Positions 8,601 through 16,721 of a stretch of DNA of 64,000 nt are shown in pieces (position 1 is the first letter of the stretch; each line of letters begins with the position of its first letter). Location of the stretch: contig OZ240248.1 of NCBI GenBank assembly GCA_965198235.1, positions 4,608,001 through 4,672,000 of the forward strand, in the 5' to 3' direction. Both the position numbers and the translations under genes were made by a program. The notes under the pieces were generated by a model, which ran no database searches, had not been told where the DNA came from, and worked only from the letters and a program-made list of their open reading frames with translations. Source of the stretch: Candidatus Poribacteria bacterium (GTDB lineage Bacteria; Poribacteria; WGA-4E; WGA-3G).

Positions 8601-10938
8601 TGAAGAGGGTATTATTCACGTTGGGAGCGTTGTGGGTGCAGGAAGCATCCTCGTCGGAAAAATTACACCGAAAGGTGAAAGTGAATATGGTCCGGAAGAG
8701 AAGCTCCTACGCGCAATCTTTGGTGAAAAAGTCAAAGAAGTAAGGGATGCTTCGACTTATGTACGCCCCGGAGTTGAGGGTGTCGTTATTGATGTAAAAG
8801 TATTCTCCCGTAAGCCGGATGCTGCCTCCCGTCGTGGAGGTTGGGCACAAGGCGACTCAGGGTTATCGATGGCTGACAATTTGCGATATGAATCGAAACG
8901 CAAAGAGATTGAAGAGACTTCGCGTGAGCAGATCGCTTCTATCCGTCGCCGAAAAATCGAAGAGATTCGCAAAACACTCATAGGATGTGAACTTGCTGAT
9001 TCGCTTTACACGGTTAATGGAACTAAAGGTGATACTGACGCTAAACTCTTCGCTAATGCTGGTGATACCCTGACAGCTGAGGTTTTGGACGCTTATATTT
9101 CCGGTTTCACTGCAGATGAGTACCACTTGGTAACCGAAGATACAAACTCTGAAGTTTTTACCGCTGAAGCGTGTTATAGGGTAACAGACGTACCTGAATC
9201 AATTCCTACTATTGTGGTCTATCCTTCGGATTCCTCAGCAGTGCAAGGATACCTTAGCGAAGTGTGCAAACCGATTTTGGGAAGTACTGAGCCATTCTTG
9301 CAGGAAACGGAATCTGTAGATGGGGACTTAGAAGATGCTGATGTTGTGCTTCAGGGTTACGATAACAGTGTGATTGCTATTGCTGTGTGTGAAGACGCTC
9401 ACACTGACGATGAGGATGCTGAAAACGGGTATCATTCCGAGCGTCTGATGGAGATGCTTGCTGCAACAGGAGCACGATTTGGTGTATTGGTACCTGACGG
9501 TGAGCCAGAACCCGATAACTGGGATTTCTATGAACTCGTAGATTTGACCAGCGACTCGCCTCCGACACAAGACTCAGAAGCACGAGTCGCTGATCAAACT
9601 GTGTTGCAACTGTGTGAGCGTTCTGAGTTTGAGACTGGAATTACCACACAACTTGAAGCAACTGGATGCCCTGTCGTTGAGACACAGAGGCTCAACGAGG
9701 AAGAATGGACGAACTTCAGTCAGACTTATCCGGGTTTACAAGCCGAGTTATTTTGGCAAATTAAGGAAGTTTTCGACCCCGCGTGCCCCTTGACCGAAGG
9801 ACAAGAACTCTCCGATACCGACTATCTGCGAATGTCCAGAGATTTTCCTGCACGTCCTATAGCAGCGGGTCAACGACTGGCTGCGGATGAACTGGCATCA
9901 TTTACCCGGACCATCAAGGATTTGAAAATCGACAGCGTCTGGCACATTACCGTTGTTTTTGACCCAGAGTGTACACTGTCTGCTGGAGAATATGTTTCTG
10001 ATGCCGACTATCAAGAGGCACGTAAATCATGTAGCTTGACTTTCTCAGACATCCATGTTACCAATGCCAATGCCAGAGAGCATATTCAGCGTGTTGAAGA
10101 GATGGCGCAAGGCAGGATAACCACTTACACTGAGGAGAAAGAACGAGCACTTCAGCAGTTAGAGATGGGTGATGAGCTAAAACCAGGAGTCATCAAACGC
10201 GTCAAAGTCTATGTCGCAAGCAAGCGTCCGATTTCCGTCGGCGATAAGATGGCGGGCCGCTACGGCAACAAAGGTGTTGTTGCCAAAATTTTGCCTGCTG
10301 AGGATATGCCCTATCTGCCGGATGGTACCCCGGTTGAGTTGGTACTGAACCCGTTAGGTGTGCCCTCTCGAATGAACGTCGGTCAAATCTTGGAAATTCA
10401 TCTCGGATGGGCGTGCCATGAACTCGGTATCCAAGTGGAATCCCCTGTATTTGATGGTGCAACAGAGGGAGAAATCTTTGAAATGCTTGGTAAGACCGAG
10501 CTCCCAGAACGCAGTAAACAGACCGGTAAGAGCATTCTCTTTGATGGTAGAACCGGTGAGGCATTTGCCCAGGAAGTAACGGTGGGTTACGTCTATTTCC
10601 TCAAGCTGAACCACCTTGTTGCTGATAAGATGCATGCTCGCTCAACGGGACCTTATTCTCTTGTTACACAGCAACCGTTGGGAGGCAAGGCACAACACGG
10701 GGGCCAACGGCTCGGTGAGATGGAGGTCTGGGCATTGGAGGCTTATGGTGCAGCCCATACGCTCCAAGAAATGCTCACGCTCAAATCAGATGACGTTCTT
10801 GGTAGAAGAGAGATTTACGAGTCGGTTGTGAAAGGGTTAAATCCTGAACCGCCCGGTACACCGGAATCATTTAAAGTCTTGGTCCGCGAACTCCAAACCC
10901 TTGGACTTCATGTATCCCTCGATAAGGATGAAGAATAG
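5695..10938 (+). CDS. rpoB: DNA-directed RNA polymerase subunit beta with large lineage-specific insertions (1747 aa)
   Basis: [67 protein letters not shown]; GTG start with AGGGAG RBS. Confidence 0.98.
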   Translation: [1747 protein letters not shown]

Positions 10939-10971
10939 CTGACCGCTGACCGCTTAAAAAAAGGAGAACTG

Positions 10972-13900
10972 ATGAACACGGCATTTGACAGCATCTCCAT
11001 AAAGATAGCCTCGCCCGATCAGATTAAAGACGAGTCGAAGCAGACCAGTTGCAAACGTCGGAAGCCCGCCCAAGAAGCGGATGCACCTTTTATCTGCCCC
11101 GAGAAAGGGACATGTAGTTGTGGCGAGGTCAAGAAGGCGGAGACTATTAACTACCGCTCCTTTCGTCCTGAAGCGGAGGGCCTCTTCTGTGAGGCTATCT
11201 TTGGACCACAAAAGGACTGGGAGTGTAACTGTGGTAAGTATAAACGGATTAAACATAAAGGGATGATATGTGACCGCTGTGGTGTTGAAATCACACAACA
11301 GCGTGTTCGCAGAGATCGACTCGGATATATTCAGCTTGCCGCACCTGTCTCTCATATATGGTACTTCAAAGGAATTCCTTCTCGCATCGGCACCTTCTGT
11401 GAACTCTCCTCACGTGATGTTGAGCGTGTGCTCTATTTTGAGGGGTTTATCGTCGTTGAAGTGACTGACCCAGATTGTCCTCTTGAACGTGGGCAGGTGT
11501 TAACCGAGATTGAGTACATAGAACACAGCAACAAGTACGGGGATGGATTTCGGGCTGGCACCGGTGCAGAAGTCATTCGCGAATTACTCAGCGATATTGA
11601 TCTTGAGGCGGAGATAGAGAAGTTAACCACAGAGTTGGAGGAAACAACGAGCCATCAGAAAAAGCTGAAGATCGCCAAACAACTGAAACAGATAGCTGAC
11701 TTTGCAGAAGTTGGTCAGCGGCCCGAGTGGATGATTTTGGATGTTATTCCTGTCATCCCACCAGATTTACGACCTCTTGTTCCGCTTGAAGGTGGACGTT
11801 TTGCTACCAGCGACCTGAACGACCTGTATCGCCGTGTTATCAATCGGAACAACCGACTGCGTAAATTGATACAGCTCCGTTCCCCCGAAGTCATTCTCCG
11901 TAACGAGAAACGGATGTTACAGGAGGCAGTCGACGCATTCTTCGACAATGGACGGCACGGTAGGCGTGTCACCGGTCCGGGTAACCGTCCGCTCAAATCC
12001 CTTGCTGATGTTCTCAAAGGTAAGATTGGGAGGTTCCGTCAGAATCTGCTCGGTAAGCGGGTTGACTACTCTGGACGGAGTGTCATCGTTGTTGGACCTG
12101 AATTGGGGTTGCATCAGTGTGGGATCCCCAAACGGATGGCTGTAGAGTTGTTTAAGCCGTTCATTATTGAGCGACTTCAAGCGTATGGGTATACGCAGAC
12201 AATTAAGCGTGCGAAGCATATTGCTGAACACGTTGATTCCGATTCTCCTGTATGGGAAGTCGTAGAGGAAGTGATTGCGGATCATCCAGTTTTACTCAAT
12301 CGCCCGCCAACTTTGCACCGGCTCGGCATTCAGGCATTTTTGCCTGTCTTGGTAGAGGGCAAGTCGATCCGGATTCCGCCACTCGTCTGTAAAGCGTTTA
12401 ACGCTGATTTTGACGGTGACCAGATGGCAGTCCATGTACCACTCACCGTGGAAGCCCAAGCTGAAGCGAAACTCCTAATGCTCAGCAGTCATAACATTCT
12501 CAAGCCCTCACATGGCGATCCTATCGCTGTTCCGGAGCTTGACATGGTACTCGGACCCAGTTTCCTGACAAAGGTGTTGCCAGAGCACGCTGCGGATGCG
12601 ACACTTCTGCATGATGCTTATACAACAAGCGATCCTTCTGCTTTTGATGCCCTCCGTGAAAAGCCATGGTTCCATCGTCGCTACGCACACCCAGAAGAGG
12701 TGCTTACCGCTCATGCAGCGGGTCAACTTAAACTGCACGACAGCATCCAGCTTTTCCGTGCATCTAATGGGGATGATGGGAAAACCACGGAACCAATTCT
12801 AACGACAGTCGGCAGGGTAATATTTAACCAAGTACTGCCGTCTGGTTTAGAGTGGGAGGATGCAAATTCTCAGCAGCGTATTTCGTTCTTCAATGCTGAA
12901 GCTGGAGGCAGAGAACTGTCTAACCTGATCCACCGTTGTTTCAACGAATTGGGCACACGTGCCACGACTGAAGTGCTTGAGAAAGTACAGAAGCTTGCTT
13001 TCGAGTATGCAACGCTGAGTGGTGTTTCGCCCGGTATCATGGATTACATTACTCCTGAGAATCGCGATGCTTTGGTGAGCAAAGCACAGGCAGAAATTGA
13101 CACCCTCCTTGGCAATGTCACGGCGACCGAGCGCGAAGAACATGAAAACGAGCAGATTCGTATCTGGTTGGATGCGATTACAGCCGTTGAGAACACAATG
13201 TTCTCGATTTTGCCCCAGTTAGAGACCTCTCTCGTTGAGCGCGGTGACCCTCGAAAGATTCATCCGTATGTTGATCCCGATGGGTTAGAGGTACGCGACA
13301 GAACAGTAGAAGGCTTCAGTCCGGTACATATCATGGCAGATAGTGGCGCACGAGCACGGAAGAATCCATTTATGCAAATCAGTGCTGTTATCGGGTTGAA
13401 AGCCAAGCAGAGCGGTGAAATTCTCATTCCGCCGATTACCACCTCTTATCGTGATGGTCTGGACGTACTTGACTACTTCAACTCTACTTATGGATCCCGT
13501 AAGGGTCTCGTGGATACGGCGATGAAAACCGCCGCGTCCGGTTACCTCACTCGAAAGCTTGTGGATGTGGCTCAAGATGTTCGTGTCACTACTGAAGACT
13601 GCAGCACGCTTAATAGCATCCAAAAGTTCGCGACAGAGGGGGGCGACCTTGCTTTTAAGATTAGCGGACGCACTGCTGCCGAGGATATCCTCAATCCAGA
13701 GAGCGGGGGCCTGCTTGTTCCATCGGGTACTGTCATATCGGCGCAGATGGCGGACCAGATTGACGCACTTGGCATAAGAGTGGCGAAAGTGCGCTCTGTG
13801 CTCACGTGCCAAACCGATGATGGAGTCTGCGCAAAATGCTACGGTAACGATTTGACGACGAATGATCTTGTCAATGTTGGCGAAGCTGTGGGCATCATTG

Positions 13901-16671
13901 CTGCACAGTCTATCGGTGAACCGGGTACGCAACTTACTATGCGGACGTTCCACACCGGGGGTGCTGTTGAAGATGTTTCAGAAGCGCGTCAGCGCAGAAT
14001 TTTGTCTAAAGTCAGTGGCACCGTGTATTTCCGAGATTTCCAACCCAGTCGGACGGTCAAAGAAGAGGGCGAGCTCTGGGTCGCAACCGAAAACAGAACG
14101 AATCTTGATGAACCTGCCTACAAGGTTATACGAGTTAACAATCCTCACTGTCCATTGCGAGAGCATGAATTACTCAGTGAGAAGCAGTACATGGAAAACG
14201 CGGAGCGCTATAAAGGTTTTGATACAAAGACGTGGCAGTATCAAGTCACAGCTGTCTTGGATAGCGACTGCGACTTGAATGTGGGGGGGCGACTGTCTCA
14301 GGCAGAATACGTCAAGGCACAGATGGAATATAGCTTCCAGCGATTTGTGACCCCAAAATACCGAGTGGCGCGGGTGCAACATCCTAAGCTTCCATTGACT
14401 GTTGGCACCGAGCTCACTGAAGAAGAGATAGAGCAATTGAGAACTGATATCCGGCAAGGGATTAACGGAGAATGGCATTACTTAGATGCAGAAACAGGCG
14501 AGCGTATTGCTATTGAAAGCCTTACAGCAGTTTCAGGTAATGCTTCTTCTGAGCGTCCGAACGGTTCCTCTGATAATCCCGATACTGCGAATGCGTCTGG
14601 GCGAGATGCGAGTTTTAATCGTGTGTATTGTATAACCGAAATAGATAAGCAGACAAGCAAAGACTTCGGATTTAAGGTAGGAGACGAAGTTGCACCAGAA
14701 GAAATTGCTCCGTTGCTTAATCCATTTGAGATGGAGATAAAGCCCGTTTACGTTGTACATACAGAGGTTGCTGAATTTACAGTTAGTCAGACATTAACGT
14801 CCCGTGAGTACGAGGACGCTCGCACAGAGTATCAGCAACTTGAACGCGCATTTAAAGTTGAAAAACAGGATGATGAACGACACTATGTGACAGCTGTGTA
14901 TCATCCCGAATGTCCTTTTGAAGTGGGTGAAGAATTGAGCGAGGCAGCCTTAACCCGTGCACGCAAGCGATTTCCAGGTTTTGATGCACCGCCCCTACGA
15001 CACCGTGTAACGCAGGTGCATCATCTGGACTGCAGTCTCAAACCGAGAGATCTACTTACTGAGAGTGAGAAAAAACAATTCGATGAGAGTTACCCTGGAT
15101 TCGTCACTTCTCAAAGTAAGAGCACCGCGGGTGGCTTTGCAGGAGAACGGTTATACCGTGTTACATCGGTCAATCATCCTGACTGCCCATTAGAAGTTGA
15201 TGGTCTCTTGACGCAAAAGGAATCATCTGCAAACCGCCGACACTACAAGGGTTTTGAAGTTGCACGTCATTATGAAGTGACACACATTGAAGATGAAACG
15301 ACAGCGTTAAGTGTCGGTCAGCGTCTCACCGAGATCGAGTATAAAGCACTCCGCAAGACGGATGCTTCGTTACCTGAGAAAGTCAAAGGACTCTATCATG
15401 TCATTAGCGTCCATCACCCTGAATTGAACCTGGAGGTTGGTGCTGAATTGAGTGAAGACGAGTATAAGACGTCCCATCGCCAGTTCAAAGGATTTGATGT
15501 TGAGCTGGTTTACCAGGTAACTGTGGATACGCGGGATGTTGATGAACTACTTGAGGTTGGGACTATTCTACCCTCGAAGGAATACCGGGCTCTTGAGAAA
15601 GCAAACTTGCGGGTGACCCATACCGTCACCGAGGTTCATCATCCGAATTGCAAGTACGCTGTCGGCGACGAATTGTCCGAGGAAGTATACAATGAGGCAG
15701 CGAGACGGTATCCCGGATTCGAGATCGATGAATTGTCATTGCGGATGCGTATTGAGGTAGAAACATCGGATGGGAGTCGGGTGCCGCATGTCATTCCTAC
15801 GGGTTACTCCTTCTCTTTGACAGAGGGTGATAGCATTCAGAAGGGAGAAACGCTGGCAGAGCTCTATGAGAGGACAGCGAACCGTGACATTGTTGCTGGT
15901 ATTCCGCGTGTCACTGAATTGTTTGAAGCGCGCCGCCCGAAACGCGGTGAAGCCGCAGAAATCGCTGAGATTGAAGGTTACGTCCAATCTGCAGGCACGA
16001 AGTCAGGTATTCCTACCTACCGCATTGAGCACGAGGGATATCAGAGTCGTCTCTATCAAATACCTGATGAGAAGCGACGCGTCGCTGAAGGCGATTGGGT
16101 GAATGCCGGTGAACCCCTCACCGATGGTTATCTCAATCCGCACGATATTTTGAGTATCGGACGTACGACTATTGAAGGTGTATCGGTTGAGGGTGAAGAG
16201 GCGGTCTGGTCATATCTCGTCGATGAAGTCCAGAAAGTCTACGGCAAGGGGACTATCAACGATAAACACGTTGAGGCAATCGTCCGACAGATGTTGACTA
16301 AGATTCGTATCACCGAGCCGGGCGACACAAACTTCTACCCGAACGATGAAGTGCAACGCAAGCAATTTGAACGCGTTAACAGTGAGATTGAGGAAAAAGG
16401 TGGAACGCCTGCCTCGGGTGAACCGATTCTCCAGAGCATAAGTAAAGCCTCCTTGAGTACAGATAGCTTCATCTCAGCTGCATCCTTCCAGCAGACGACG
16501 AAGGTGCTAACGGATGCTGCTGTCGGTGGGCAAACCGATAGACTCTTTGGGTTGAAGGAAAACGTTATTCTCGGTAGACTCATACCAGCGGGAAGTGGAT
16601 TCTCCAGTTTCCAGGACTTAGAGATATCCTCCATTGAACCAGAAATAGGCGAAGCTGGTGATGACGATTAA
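10972..16671 (+). CDS. rpoC: DNA-directed RNA polymerase subunit beta' with a 641-aa trigger-loop insertion (1899 aa)
   Basis: CNCGKYK/CDRC Zn ribbon, LLGKRVDYSGRSVI, catalytic NADFDGDQMAVH, GEPGTQLTMRTFHTGG, SAASFQQT, GLKENVILGRLIPAG. Confidence 0.98.
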   Translation: MNTAFDSISIKIASPDQIKDESKQTSCKRRKPAQEADAPFICPEKGTCSCGEVKKAETINYRSFRPEAEGLFCEAIFGPQKDWECNCGKYKRIKHKGMICDRCGVEITQQRVRRDRLGYIQLAAPVSHIWYFKGIPSRIGTFCELSSRDVERVLYFEGFIVVEVTDPDCPLERGQVLTEIEYIEHSNKYGDGFRAGTGAEVIRELLSDIDLEAEIEKLTTELEETTSHQKKLKIAKQLKQIADFAEVGQRPEWMILDVIPVIPPDLRPLVPLEGGRFATSDLNDLYRRVINRNNRLRKLIQLRSPEVILRNEKRMLQEAVDAFFDNGRHGRRVTGPGNRPLKSLADVLKGKIGRFRQNLLGKRVDYSGRSVIVVGPELGLHQCGIPKRMAVELFKPFIIERLQAYGYTQTIKRAKHIAEHVDSDSPVWEVVEEVIADHPVLLNRPPTLHRLGIQAFLPVLVEGKSIRIPPLVCKAFNADFDGDQMAVHVPLTVEAQAEAKLLMLSSHNILKPSHGDPIAVPELDMVLGPSFLTKVLPEHAADATLLHDAYTTSDPSAFDALREKPWFHRRYAHPEEVLTAHAAGQLKLHDSIQLFRASNGDDGKTTEPILTTVGRVIFNQVLPSGLEWEDANSQQRISFFNAEAGGRELSNLIHRCFNELGTRATTEVLEKVQKLAFEYATLSGVSPGIMDYITPENRDALVSKAQAEIDTLLGNVTATEREEHENEQIRIWLDAITAVENTMFSILPQLETSLVERGDPRKIHPYVDPDGLEVRDRTVEGFSPVHIMADSGARARKNPFMQISAVIGLKAKQSGEILIPPITTSYRDGLDVLDYFNSTYGSRKGLVDTAMKTAASGYLTRKLVDVAQDVRVTTEDCSTLNSIQKFATEGGDLAFKISGRTAAEDILNPESGGLLVPSGTVISAQMADQIDALGIRVAKVRSVLTCQTDDGVCAKCYGNDLTTNDLVNVGEAVGIIAAQSIGEPGTQLTMRTFHTGGAVEDVSEARQRRILSKVSGTVYFRDFQPSRTVKEEGELWVATENRTNLDEPAYKVIRVNNPHCPLREHELLSEKQYMENAERYKGFDTKTWQYQVTAVLDSDCDLNVGGRLSQAEYVKAQMEYSFQRFVTPKYRVARVQHPKLPLTVGTELTEEEIEQLRTDIRQGINGEWHYLDAETGERIAIESLTAVSGNASSERPNGSSDNPDTANASGRDASFNRVYCITEIDKQTSKDFGFKVGDEVAPEEIAPLLNPFEMEIKPVYVVHTEVAEFTVSQTLTSREYEDARTEYQQLERAFKVEKQDDERHYVTAVYHPECPFEVGEELSEAALTRARKRFPGFDAPPLRHRVTQVHHLDCSLKPRDLLTESEKKQFDESYPGFVTSQSKSTAGGFAGERLYRVTSVNHPDCPLEVDGLLTQKESSANRRHYKGFEVARHYEVTHIEDETTALSVGQRLTEIEYKALRKTDASLPEKVKGLYHVISVHHPELNLEVGAELSEDEYKTSHRQFKGFDVELVYQVTVDTRDVDELLEVGTILPSKEYRALEKANLRVTHTVTEVHHPNCKYAVGDELSEEVYNEAARRYPGFEIDELSLRMRIEVETSDGSRVPHVIPTGYSFSLTEGDSIQKGETLAELYERTANRDIVAGIPRVTELFEARRPKRGEAAEIAEIEGYVQSAGTKSGIPTYRIEHEGYQSRLYQIPDEKRRVAEGDWVNAGEPLTDGYLNPHDILSIGRTTIEGVSVEGEEAVWSYLVDEVQKVYGKGTINDKHVEAIVRQMLTKIRITEPGDTNFYPNDEVQRKQFERVNSEIEEKGGTPASGEPILQSISKASLSTDSFISAASFQQTTKVLTDAAVGGQTDRLFGLKENVILGRLIPAGSGFSSFQDLEISSIEPEIGEAGDDD

Positions 16672-16676
16672 ATAAT

Positions 16677-16710
16677 ATAGGGCGGGTATCCTTACCTGCC
16701 CTATTTTTTT
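16677..16710 (+). terminator. intrinsic terminator after rpoC (likely also serving convergent fumC)
   Basis: ATAGGGCGGGTA-TCCT-TACCTGCCCTAT hairpin followed by a T-run. Confidence 0.85.
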
Positions 16711-16721
16711 ACCTGTACTAC

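Noticed and set aside
8812-15885. Inteins as the explanation for the large RpoB/RpoC insertions
   Set aside because: No C/S...HN|C/S/T splice junctions or LAGLIDADG motifs are visible; the inserts sit at known lineage-specific insertion sites and consist of repeats
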